A stretch of 36,693 nt of DNA from Candidatus Latescibacterota bacterium (GCA_038279365.1 JAYODI010000011.1:57346-94038); one strand, 5' to 3'. Counted from the stretch's first letter, positions 9,733-18,572 are shown. The notes: generated by a model not told the origin, from the sequence alone. Made by a program: numbers and translations.

Positions 9733-10941
9733 TCATTCAAACTGATTCTTGCGCTGAGAAACCGCTTTGCCTTTGCCACGAATGATATCATCTCGTTGCC
9801 ACGTCGCTATCGCCTGACAAATGTAATCATCCTCACCCAACAAACTTTTCAACTGACCTTTAGTAAACCAGTCAGCCTGACCATTTTTTGCCACACAAGA
9901 AGTCAGGCTGTCATCTGAAAACCCATACACGCGACAAATGCCTTCTTCTCTTTTAACATCTTCAATATAAGACATCCACGGCACATCCAAATCGAGTTGC
10001 TGTTTCACAAGCACTTGCAAAGACCCAATCCGTGACCCCACATCCCATCCCACACCCTCCTCTTCTTCCCATCCTTCACCACCCGGTAACCCCCACCGAT
10101 CATTTTTGGTATCACGCACCAATAAAAACTCAGCATCTTCGCCCGTTGACCGCTCAATCAACAAACGCGTTGTTGCAATAGGTTCGTCAAAACAAATGGG
10201 AATGAGACGTTTCCCAGCCTCGCTCAAAGCATCAAGCGCGTCTGAATGATACGGATAATAACCCGCAGCAGGGGGTGCATTCACGGCACAGTATTTATTA
10301 AAGATTCCACACCGATCATCTGAAGTGGTGCCAGCAGGTGCTTCATGCCACGTATAGGCACTGGTCACCAACAAGTCACCGGCTTTCAACTCTGGGTCAA
10401 TAAAAGGCGCCATCTGACTTTTATCAATCGGTGCCAAATCTTGTATGTGTGCATTTTCGTCAACCACACAACTCAGTTTATGCGATCCAGGAGACACCAA
10501 AAACTGACCATATTCTTCATCAAAATCCACCAGTGGAATAATTGCAAACACCCAATTCATCGAAGACCCTACCGGACGCCAACGTTTGTAATCGCAGTGT
10601 GCACCCGATCCTTTGTCACCTGGCGTTCGCAAATAAGCAACATAGGCTGTTAAATGAGCGGGCTGTCCCAAAGCAGCTTCAACCGCTTGAACAACCGTTG
10701 GATGTTCAGCAATAGATGCCAGGCCAGGTTCAGCCATTTTATTACCACTAATGGTATACTTCCCTGGGGTTGGATACTTCAACGATGGCGGATAAGAGTT
10801 CCATTTGGCCTGTGCTTTTACAATGTCGCGCAATGTCTCAACTTCTTCAGAAGACAACAAATTGCGAACGATCAAATATCCATTCTCATGATAATCTGCC
10901 ATTTGTTGATCATCAATTTCTAATGCCATATCAATCGCCAT
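9733..10941 (-). CDS. PhyH-family Fe(II)/2-oxoglutarate dioxygenase fused to a degenerate Nudix-like C-terminal domain
   Basis: Y.ENGYLIVRNLLS..EV, HxD (HCD), PGSH, LKAGD..WH; C-terminal FLLVRD....WGLPGG. Confidence 0.75.
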   Translation of the reverse strand: MAIDMALEIDDQQMADYHENGYLIVRNLLSSEEVETLRDIVKAQAKWNSYPPSLKYPTPGKYTISGNKMAEPGLASIAEHPTVVQAVEAALGQPAHLTAYVAYLRTPGDKGSGAHCDYKRWRPVGSSMNWVFAIIPLVDFDEEYGQFLVSPGSHKLSCVVDENAHIQDLAPIDKSQMAPFIDPELKAGDLLVTSAYTWHEAPAGTTSDDRCGIFNKYCAVNAPPAAGYYPYHSDALDALSEAGKRLIPICFDEPIATTRLLIERSTGEDAEFLLVRDTKNDRWGLPGGEGWEEEEGVGWDVGSRIGSLQVLVKQQLDLDVPWMSYIEDVKREEGICRVYGFSDDSLTSCVAKNGQADWFTKGQLKSLLGEDDYICQAIATWQRDDIIRGKGKAVSQRKNQFE

Positions 10942-10968
10942 TTTTAAACCCTCTCACTTTCAAAACAC

Positions 10969-11553
10969 TTAAGCATGCGGCCCACGTTCTCGAATAATCC
11001 GAATTGCCAACGCAGGATCAACTTGCACAATCATCTCAGGTTCCACCGTGCAATGCCCCGGCAAATCAAACCCCGCCACCGCACTGCGTGTGTGCCAGCC
11101 CGAAAGCGAGCTGTCTTCACCATCGTTGGCAAAGCGCGACAAAGGCCCACCAAACACATCGTGAAACACTTCGGTATACCCATCAATCACCCGTGGCGAT
11201 TTAGAGAACGATCCCCCACCTGCCGAGTTTACCATGCCAATACACTTCACACAATACCAAATATCATTCAGCGTGCCAAACGGATGCAATGCCCAGTGAA
11301 GCGATATCACATGCTTAATACCAGCTTCTCGCCCCGCTTCATACCCACGTTCCACATCCTTATCATCATTGGTCACCGCACCCGTACCACCCCCTGTGCC
11401 CGACGTAAACAACAACCCCGACGGTGTAAACGTCACCGAAGCAATTCGCCGCCCTTTAGGCGCAGAAACCACTTCGTCTCCCAAATCAATACCCAATTCC
11501 TTCAAGCGGTCGTAAACATCAAAGTCGCGTGTCCAAGAGTTGTGTAATTCCAT
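10969..11553 (-). CDS. Rid (YjgF/YER057c/UK114) family protein
   Basis: RLKELGI.L, LLFTSG, VK..GMVNS, F...P.VIDG, HTRSAV...LP....VE.E. Confidence 0.8.
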   Translation of the reverse strand: MELHNSWTRDFDVYDRLKELGIDLGDEVVSAPKGRRIASVTFTPSGLLFTSGTGGGTGAVTNDDKDVERGYEAGREAGIKHVISLHWALHPFGTLNDIWYCVKCIGMVNSAGGGSFSKSPRVIDGYTEVFHDVFGGPLSRFANDGEDSSLSGWHTRSAVAGFDLPGHCTVEPEMIVQVDPALAIRIIRERGPHA

Positions 11554-11680
11554 TTCGTTCTCCCTTTTTAAATCATACAGGATATAACCACCATTGAGGT
11601 GCTTTATTTTCGTAGATTATGATAGAGGATCACTCCTCAAACGTCAAGCAACAATCTACAAATAAAGGAATAAAAAACAG

Positions 11681-11708
11681 TTGACACTGTAACAAAGTGT
11701 GTTACTTT
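11681..11708 (+). promoter_or_regulatory. higBA promoter with overlapping palindromic operator
   Basis: TTGACA (11681-86), TACTTT (11703-08); GTAACA-5nt-TGTTAC inverted repeat at 11689-11705. Confidence 0.7.
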
Positions 11709-11713
11709 TTGAT

Positions 11714-11989
11714 ATGATCAAAAGTTTTAAGCATAAAGGTCTTGTCGAGTTGTTCGAAAAAGGCCATAGTCGTCACATAAGACAAGATTTGCAAGCCCGT
11801 TGCCTACGTCGCCTTGAGGTTTTAGATCAAGTCGAATCATTGATGGAGTTAAATTTACCAGGATTCAATTTTCATAGCCTACACGGACTACCCAAAAGGT
11901 ATAGCATACATATCAATGGTCCGTGGTGTATCACATTTGAGTGGGAAAACGACGAAGCATTAAGAGTCGATCTTGAACAATATCATTAG
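11714..11989 (+). CDS. higB: HigB (RelE/ParE-superfamily) toxin
   Basis: MIKSFKHKGL..LF...L.LPG..H.L.G...YSI.INGPW.ITF.W; toxin gene upstream of an HTH antitoxin. Confidence 0.92.
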   Translation: MIKSFKHKGLVELFEKGHSRHIRQDLQARCLRRLEVLDQVESLMELNLPGFNFHSLHGLPKRYSIHINGPWCITFEWENDEALRVDLEQYH

Positions 11990-11998
11990 AGGAACATC

Positions 11999-12328
11999 AT
12001 GGCTGAATACCTACCCAAACGCCCATTAAAGCGATCCCCTATTCATCCGGGCGAAATTTTGCGAGAAGATATTCTACCAGCATTGGGACTGTCCGTCAGT
12101 GAAATTGCCCGTCGCTTGGGCGTGTCGCGCCAACAGCTCCATCGTGTGCTGGCAGGCACCCATCCCATTACAATTGAAATGGCACTCAGAATTGGTAAAC
12201 TCGCAGGCCAAGGACCAGACCTATGGTTAAGAATGCAACAACGTTATGATCTCTGGCACACAGAACATCGGTTAAAAGACGACCTCAAAAGAATAGAACC
12301 AATCGAAATAGCATCTGCTATCAAGTGA
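11999..12328 (+). CDS. higA: HigA antitoxin (XRE HTH)
   Basis: HPGEILRED, HTH LGVSRQQL, IT.EMALR, LWLRMQ..YDL; AGAGGA RBS. Confidence 0.92.
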   Translation: MAEYLPKRPLKRSPIHPGEILREDILPALGLSVSEIARRLGVSRQQLHRVLAGTHPITIEMALRIGKLAGQGPDLWLRMQQRYDLWHTEHRLKDDLKRIEPIEIASAIK

Positions 12329-12400
12329 TCATATAAAACCAATCAAACCTGCTTGCCCAAGTAAATACATCCATGAACAAAAGCATCCATCTAAATTCAC

Positions 12401-12433
12401 TCCCGCAAGATAACATATCTGGCGGGATTTCTT
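12401..12433 (+). terminator. Probable terminator after higBA
   Basis: TCCCGCAAGATA/TATCTGGCGGGA stem (one mismatch) followed by TTTCTT. Confidence 0.55.
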
Positions 12434-12474
12434 ATACGTCAGCTTGTAATCGTATTCCATTATGAGAACACATC

Positions 12475-13239
12475 ATGTCATTAACACAAGAACAAATCAC
12501 CTCATACCACCAAAATGGCTACCTCCTCGCCTCAGGCCTCATTCCCGATAACGTCTCAGCACGCGCCGAAGCCGCCATGTGGAACCTCATGCAAATGAAC
12601 CCCAACGATCCAAAAACCTGGTCTCGCGTTCCCAAAACCGCCGATGAATATACAGAATCGCGTGGTGTGGTCATTTTCAACGGCGCACAAGATCCCGACC
12701 TCATGGCTTGTGTAACCACGCCCTACCTCACAGCCGTTGCCCAACTGCTTGGTGAGCCCATCGGGTCATTACATCCTCCCGAAGCCGTGCACACACAAAA
12801 CTTACTCCAACAAAATGTCGCGTGGAAAATGCCCAACCCACACGTTGATGGCATTCCCAAAGAGCACATGCACAAAACCTTCCCTGGCCCCTATCGCATC
12901 ACCAGCCTCTTTTATCTTAGTGATATTGACCCCCAAGGCGGTGGCACCTGTGCGTGGCCAAGCTCCCACACCAAAATTCGCCAACTCGCCGAATCAAACC
13001 CCACCAAATACACCTATCTCTACGACCTCAACAAAGACATTCCCACGCTCGACCTCGGTGACCCCATCGAACTCACCCCCAAACGCGGCGACATCCTCTT
13101 TTTCCAGCACCTATTTGGCCACAACGGCTCAACCAACACCCACCCCAAACCTCGGTTCATGATGCGGTTCTTCTGCTCGTGTGAAAAATGTTTTAACAAA
13201 TGGAAAAAAGTCGATCACTGGGGACATTGGGCACCCTAA
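12475..13239 (+). CDS. PhyH-family Fe(II)/2OG dioxygenase
   Basis: LT.EQI..Y..NGYL, PHVDG, GGGT..WP.SH, GD...F.H...H, PR. Confidence 0.85.
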   Translation: MSLTQEQITSYHQNGYLLASGLIPDNVSARAEAAMWNLMQMNPNDPKTWSRVPKTADEYTESRGVVIFNGAQDPDLMACVTTPYLTAVAQLLGEPIGSLHPPEAVHTQNLLQQNVAWKMPNPHVDGIPKEHMHKTFPGPYRITSLFYLSDIDPQGGGTCAWPSSHTKIRQLAESNPTKYTYLYDLNKDIPTLDLGDPIELTPKRGDILFFQHLFGHNGSTNTHPKPRFMMRFFCSCEKCFNKWKKVDHWGHWAP

Positions 13240-13925
13240 TCAGATTCTGACATCATCAGCTTATCTCGCAAAGCTTCCAACTCACGCTTTCGTGGCAACA
13301 GCTCATCCTGAATGGGTTTCCGTTTGCACCAATAATCCAAAACAAAAGCCACCAACATCACCCCAACCATCAGACCCAAAAACAAACTGGCTTGAGCGGG
13401 ATCTTTTAACCACATAGAAATAAGTTTGGGTTTTGCCAAAACAAAGATCTGCAATCCTGTGCCCCAAAAAATAGGCAGCAAACCCCACCAATGTACGTTC
13501 TTTGACAGCCTAATTTGATAATCTACTTGAGCACAGGCCTTTTGTAAATCGCCCATTAACGAAACGTCAAATTGTCGTTCATACTGTTCCTGCCGCTTTC
13601 GTCCAATAAATCGATACGCGGCATAATAAAACCAAATACATCCCGACAAAAACAACAGCCCAGCATCGAAGCCATTTGGTTGAAGGTGAAACGCATCAGA
13701 CAACCAACTCTTATCGAATAATATCTTTTGAAAACTCAACACAAACATCAAAATCCCCACCACCACCCCAATGCCCACCTCCCTCACATCGCGCCAAAAA
13801 ATGCTGCGATTAAAGGCTTGGTTTGTCTGCTCAACTTGTTTGTGCAACCCCGTTTGATCTATTGCGTAGACAGATTCTTCATTCTGCGCATCCCAAACCA
13901 CTTTGAGATCTTCAAAATTCATCAC
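13236..13925 (-). CDS. Membrane protein, probable anti-sigma factor
   Basis: N-terminal DLK..W, four TM segments, C-terminal amphipathic helix; start overlaps the ECF sigma stop. Confidence 0.7.
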   Translation of the reverse strand: MMNFEDLKVVWDAQNEESVYAIDQTGLHKQVEQTNQAFNRSIFWRDVREVGIGVVVGILMFVLSFQKILFDKSWLSDAFHLQPNGFDAGLLFLSGCIWFYYAAYRFIGRKRQEQYERQFDVSLMGDLQKACAQVDYQIRLSKNVHWWGLLPIFWGTGLQIFVLAKPKLISMWLKDPAQASLFLGLMVGVMLVAFVLDYWCKRKPIQDELLPRKRELEALRDKLMMSESD

Positions 13926-14421
13926 CCACCTCTTTCAATTGATCCATCAAATATTTTTTAATGCGATTGATTTTCACACCCACATGGCTTTCCGATATAC
14001 CCAAAATACGTGCCATTTCTTTGTAGCGAAAACCATCTAAAAAAAGCAACATCACAGAACGATCAATTTCATCCAACTGCCGAATTTGGGCATACAACCA
14101 ATCCAACCGATGATCTTGAACATCCTCTTTAACCATCAAAACATGTTCAACACCATCCAAAGCTTGTTTGCCATCTCTGTGCCGTTTCTCTTGCCGTGAC
14201 CACGCAATGGCCGAATACAGAGCCACACGGTACAACCAAGTTGTCACAGCAGAATCACCCTTATAGTTAGGAACAGAACGCCACACTTGAATCACAACTT
14301 CCTGAAACAAGTCTTCCTGATCTTGTGGCGTAAACGCATAACTACGCAGCACCTTAAACAACAGGTTTTTGTGATCTCTTAACCACGCGTCGAATATCTT
14401 TTTTTGTTCGTGTTGTTGCAT
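13912..14421 (-). CDS. ECF RNA polymerase sigma-70 factor
   Basis: EDLFQEV, W.S...Y.G.S..TTWLYRVA, region 4 Y.EMA.ILGISE..VGVKINRIK; ATG 14421 after GAGAAGAGG. Confidence 0.92.
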   Translation of the reverse strand: MQQHEQKKIFDAWLRDHKNLLFKVLRSYAFTPQDQEDLFQEVVIQVWRSVPNYKGDSAVTTWLYRVALYSAIAWSRQEKRHRDGKQALDGVEHVLMVKEDVQDHRLDWLYAQIRQLDEIDRSVMLLFLDGFRYKEMARILGISESHVGVKINRIKKYLMDQLKEVGDEF

Positions 14422-14452
14422 CCTCTTCTCCAATAAACCGGTTCAACACCAT

Positions 14453-14481
14453 TAGTCGCAAATCAAACCGATTTTCTTACA
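14453..14481 (-). promoter_or_regulatory. Putative autoregulated ECF promoter
   Basis: Minus strand TGTAAG-17nt-CGACTA about 30 nt upstream of the sigma start. Confidence 0.55.
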
Positions 14482-14582
14482 AAAACACAAAAAACATAGC
14501 AGACAGTGGGGAAAACATCATCGCCATCTGCAACGTTCGCAAACACCAAACCTACACACTCAAACAAGAATAGAACTTCGCC

Positions 14583-15554
14583 ATGATCTTAAAGCACTAT
14601 GACCTCACCCCACCCATTACCGAATTTCCACTCTCACAAGGTGTCAACAACGCCATCGTTGGCATTCGCACTGGCAATGGCGACTATGCGCTCAAACATT
14701 TCAATGCACCACACGGGCTTGGCGGGTTAAAATATGAACACGATCTTTTAAGATGGTTGACCGAACAATCCCTATCTTTTGCCGTCCCCGCACCTGTAGA
14801 AACCCGCAGCGGTCAAACCTATTATCAAGACACAAATGGCCTGCACATCCTCATGCCCTTACTAAAAGGCCACCGTCCAAACCATCAAAACCCCACTCAA
14901 ATCCAAGCCATTGGCATCGCCTTAGGTGAACTCCAAATCGCCTTACGCAACTATCCCCTCACACCGCGCCCCAACACCGTCTCATTCAGCGACCTCAACA
15001 ACATTCACCCCCGCATACCCACCCCCCAATCACTCACCCCACAAGACATCGGATGGCCACAAACAGCAACCACCCAGCAACTCTGTGACTGGTGGCGCGA
15101 AGAAGTTGCGTCATTGCAAGCCTTCCTCACCCACACCTATCCCCACTTACCCAAACAAGTCATCCACGGCGACATGGCCCCCAGCAACACCCTTTTCCAA
15201 AACAACAACCTATCCGCCATACTCGACTTTGAATTTTCATGCCCCGACGTACGCACCATCGACATGGCTTCGGGCCTCAAGTTTAGCATGCGCATCGACG
15301 AAAACGACAACCCTTGGGAAATAGGCGCACACTTTTGCAAAGGCTACCAAAAAAAAATTAAACTCACAGAGTTGGAATGCACATCTCTTATAGACATCAT
15401 GATCTTGCGCGATGTGGTATCCACCATTTGGTGGTTAGGCCGCAATTTGGATGACAACAAAATACCCGAAACAAACCGCATGGAAGAATTGCGCAGTTTC
15501 AAAACATGGCTTTCCACACATCGTTCTCAGCTTGAAGACCTATGGTCTCACTAA
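14583..15554 (+). CDS. APH/choline-kinase-fold phosphotransferase (type II homoserine kinase-like)
   Basis: QGVNN, YALK, IHGDMAPSN (Brenner motif), ILDFE. Confidence 0.85.
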   Translation: MILKHYDLTPPITEFPLSQGVNNAIVGIRTGNGDYALKHFNAPHGLGGLKYEHDLLRWLTEQSLSFAVPAPVETRSGQTYYQDTNGLHILMPLLKGHRPNHQNPTQIQAIGIALGELQIALRNYPLTPRPNTVSFSDLNNIHPRIPTPQSLTPQDIGWPQTATTQQLCDWWREEVASLQAFLTHTYPHLPKQVIHGDMAPSNTLFQNNNLSAILDFEFSCPDVRTIDMASGLKFSMRIDENDNPWEIGAHFCKGYQKKIKLTELECTSLIDIMILRDVVSTIWWLGRNLDDNKIPETNRMEELRSFKTWLSTHRSQLEDLWSH

Positions 15555-15669
15555 ATGAATGACAAACATCAGAAATTCATCTATCAGAAAACTGTAAATT
15601 CTTTTGAACCCAAACCCTCCAAAAACCATAAACCATTACAAAACAATACTCTACAAAAACCACATCCTC

Positions 15670-15686
15670 TTGGCACGCCCCTTGCA
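15670..15686 (+). promoter_or_regulatory. Sigma-54 (-24/-12) promoter
   Basis: TTGGCACGCCCCTTGCA matches YTGGCACG-N4-TTGCW, 55 nt upstream of the GTG start. Confidence 0.85.
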
Positions 15687-15741
15687 ATACCCATCTGTCG
15701 TATTCGCAATTTTTATAACCACAAGTTGAGGAGGATGGGCA

Positions 15742-16182
15742 GTGAAAAAATACACACTCACAGGACTGGCATTGATGATGGCACTTATCATTGGATGCTC
15801 AAACAGCAACAACCCATTAGGCAACACATCGGAGCTCACCCTATTGGGTGACCACCAATACCAATACACTGGCCGTGATGAAAGCAACACGGCAATTGTG
15901 CAAGGATGGCTCAAGATAAACGTACAAAGTGATAACCGCATTACCGGTACGTGGCACCTTGAACCCGTCAACGGGCAAGCAACCGACCTGCCATTGGGTG
16001 ATGGTACCTTGATTGGAGAATTCGACAAAGATGCAAAAGCCAACATCAATCTTCACCCCACACATGCAGATAACAATGTGAGCTTGGTTGGCACCCTTCA
16101 AAATGACAAGTTTCAAGGTCAATGGTCGTGGATCACGTTTGCTGGCCCCGCAAAACAAGGCACATTTGAAGCCAACAAATAA
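15742..16182 (+). CDS. Hypothetical lipoprotein
   Basis: GAGGAGG RBS; MKK-hydrophobic-IIGC lipobox; beta-rich mature part. Confidence 0.8.
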   Translation: MKKYTLTGLALMMALIIGCSNSNNPLGNTSELTLLGDHQYQYTGRDESNTAIVQGWLKINVQSDNRITGTWHLEPVNGQATDLPLGDGTLIGEFDKDAKANINLHPTHADNNVSLVGTLQNDKFQGQWSWITFAGPAKQGTFEANK

Positions 16183-16208
16183 GTAGGGCGCGTGTGCGCA
16201 CTACCCAC

Positions 16209-16259
16209 ACACCAGAGGTTGGGGTTGCCCCCCCGAACCTCTGGTGTTTCTTTGTTTTT
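16209..16259 (+). terminator. Intrinsic terminator
   Basis: Perfect 12-bp stem ACACCAGAGGTT/AACCTCTGGTGT with inner GGGG/CCCC, followed by TTCTTTGTTTTT. Confidence 0.8.
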
Positions 16260-16318
16260 ACATTGCCAAAAACCCCTCACCCGTCTAATTTTTATCTACT
16301 CATCGAAAGGACGGCCTC

Positions 16319-18082
16319 ATGATCAAACGCGTTTATTTTGCATCCCTTTTTTTATTTCTCACATTCAGCCTATCGTCTCCTCATATCGTTCATGCGTGTG
16401 GCGGGTTCTTCTGTTCCAATGTGCCCATCAACCAAGCCACTGAGCGCATTCTTTTTGTCAAACGCACCGATGGCAAAATCACCACTCATGTACAAATCCA
16501 ATTCAGCGGTTCAAAAACCGATTTTGCCTGGATCTTACCCGTTCCCTCTGTACCCGAATTGGGCATCAGCCACAACAACGTCTTTCAACAATTGCAATTG
16601 GCCACGCAACCCACCTTTCAGCTCGAATGGGAAGAAAGCGATTGTGAATTTCGCCCACCCCCCATTTTCTTTCGCGACTTGGATAATGTTCCCACCGCAG
16701 CAGGAGACGGTGTAGACGTCATCGCTGAAGAACGTATTGGCCCTTATGAAACCGCCATCATCACCTCCACCGACCCAACCGCTATGACCCAATGGCTGGT
16801 CAACAATGGCTATCGCCTCGATGCCTTAGGCACCAAACTCTTACAGCCCTACATTGACATGGGCATGTACTTTCTCGCACTCAAATTGGCCCCCAACAGC
16901 GACGTGGGTGACTTACAACCCATTGCTATGACATACGATGCACAACAGCCCATGATCCCCATCCAGCTCACAGCCGTAGCCGCCGAACCCGATATGGGTG
17001 TGCTTGTCTGGATATTGGGTCAAGAACGCGCCATTCCCGAAAATTATCTCCATGTCGAAATCAACGAAGCCGCCATCGACTGGCTCAACTTTGGTTCCAA
17101 CTACAATCAAGTGGTCAAAAATGCCGCCGATGAGGCCGGAGGCCAAGCCTTTACCACCGAATATGCCGGCAAAAGCAGCCTCATGACAGAGCGTATTTAT
17201 AGGGCCGAGCAATACCAAAACGTCGGCCAACTCGCATCCATTACCGATCCACCCCGCTTTCTTTCAGACCTGCTTCGTTTGGGTTTTCCACGCGATGCCC
17301 AAATGCAATCGCTCATTCGTCGCCACATTCCCATTCCCCAACAGGTTTGGAACGATGGTGTGTTACAAGTGCTCTATCGTGGTGACACCAAAGCGTATGA
17401 ACTGGCCAAACAAGATTCCGTGACCTTTCAAGCCACCGTTGAACAATCCTTCTATAACAACATGGACGCCTATCGCGAGTATCTACGCGATGTCACCTTT
17501 GACCCTGTCGCTTTTATCACCGATATCGACAACGTGATTATCACGCCCTTGCGAGATGCCCAAACCCTCTTCACAGAGCATCCCTATCTCACACGTCTTT
17601 ACACCACATTATCTGCCAGTGAAATGACCGTCGATCCCATATTTGCCTTTAATCCCGATCTGCCCGATGTATCCAACACACACATTGCCAAAGCCAAATA
17701 CGAATGCCCACAAAGTGCCGACACACCACCCGAAGATGTCATTGTCCTCATCACCCTTTCCGATGGCCGTGAACTGCGTGTTAAACCACCCTTTTTTGGC
17801 ATTCCCAATCCCCAACCCATGCCTTTGCCCATTTTTGTCGATGCCACATTTAATCCATTATCCGCCGCACGCATTGAGCGCATGGCCACATCGGGCAGTG
17901 CCACCTTTATTCGTGGGCTCACACCCGTTTCTCCCGACTTTGACAAAAGTGGCACCATCGACTTTGACGACTTTCTCATTTTTGCCGCCGCCTATGGCAA
18001 ACGGGATCCCAACCATGACCTCTCTGGCGATGGCAACGTAGACTTTCGCGATTTTCTACTTTTTGTGCAAAGTTATCAATAA
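16319..18082 (+). CDS. Secreted DUF2330-domain protein with C-terminal paired EF-hand/dockerin-like module
   Basis: Signal peptide ending VHA then CGGFFC; Q..ERI.F, FAWILPVP, W L..NGY, PMIPI.LTAVAA, YLTRLYT..S..EM..DP.F; C-terminal DFDKSGTIDFDDF and DLSGDGNVDFRDF. Confidence 0.85.
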   Translation: MIKRVYFASLFLFLTFSLSSPHIVHACGGFFCSNVPINQATERILFVKRTDGKITTHVQIQFSGSKTDFAWILPVPSVPELGISHNNVFQQLQLATQPTFQLEWEESDCEFRPPPIFFRDLDNVPTAAGDGVDVIAEERIGPYETAIITSTDPTAMTQWLVNNGYRLDALGTKLLQPYIDMGMYFLALKLAPNSDVGDLQPIAMTYDAQQPMIPIQLTAVAAEPDMGVLVWILGQERAIPENYLHVEINEAAIDWLNFGSNYNQVVKNAADEAGGQAFTTEYAGKSSLMTERIYRAEQYQNVGQLASITDPPRFLSDLLRLGFPRDAQMQSLIRRHIPIPQQVWNDGVLQVLYRGDTKAYELAKQDSVTFQATVEQSFYNNMDAYREYLRDVTFDPVAFITDIDNVIITPLRDAQTLFTEHPYLTRLYTTLSASEMTVDPIFAFNPDLPDVSNTHIAKAKYECPQSADTPPEDVIVLITLSDGRELRVKPPFFGIPNPQPMPLPIFVDATFNPLSAARIERMATSGSATFIRGLTPVSPDFDKSGTIDFDDFLIFAAAYGKRDPNHDLSGDGNVDFRDFLLFVQSYQ

Positions 18083-18104
18083 AACCGATATCAAAAACAC
18101 ACCA

Positions 18105-18135
18105 AAAAGCCTCGGATAAAATATCCGAGGCTTTT
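18105..18135 (+). terminator. Intrinsic terminator
   Basis: AAAAGCCTCGGATA/TATCCGAGGCTTTT perfect stem with U tail. Confidence 0.85.
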
Positions 18136-18165
18136 CTTCATCTATGCGATCTGTGCCAAAAAAAC

Positions 18166-18194
18166 TTGTGAATATGCCCATTCTCTGGTATGTT
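18166..18194 (+). promoter_or_regulatory. Putative infA promoter
   Basis: TTGTGA-17nt-TATGTT with TGn extended -10. Confidence 0.5.
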
Positions 18195-18274
18195 AGGGTC
18201 GTTTCGTGGTCTATCTGCATCCCAAGTTGTGTTAGGCAGAGACCCTTTTTATTGATCTGAAAGCAGGAGGTTGT

Positions 18275-18571
18275 ATGGCAAAAGAAGACAAAGTTGTCCT
18301 TGATGGAACCGTTGTTGACATCTTACCCGATGGCCAATACCAAGTTGAAATTGAAGGTGGCCATCAAATATTAGGTTATACCTCGGGCAAAATGCGCCGA
18401 TTCAACATCCGCATTGTGGTAGGTGACACCGTCACCGTCGAAACATCCCCTTACGATTTAACACGTGGTCGCATCACCTATCGCGATGCAGGAACCGGTG
18501 GCCCACCCCCTCCTGGTGCAGCAGGTGGCAACAAAGGTCGCGGAGGCAACCGCCCCCGTCGTCGTCGCTAA
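18275..18571 (+). CDS. infA: Translation initiation factor IF-1 with Gly/Pro/Arg-rich C-terminal extension
   Basis: MAKED...G.V...LP...H.ILGY.SGKMR...[30 protein letters not shown]. Confidence 0.95.
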   Translation: MAKEDKVVLDGTVVDILPDGQYQVEIEGGHQILGYTSGKMRRFNIRIVVGDTVTVETSPYDLTRGRITYRDAGTGGPPPPGAAGGNKGRGGNRPRRRR

Positions 18572-18572
18572 T

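Noticed and set aside
15555..15851. 98-aa ORF directly after the phosphotransferase
   Set aside because: Runs through the sigma-54 promoter and overlaps the lipoprotein gene out of frame; no recognisable protein features.
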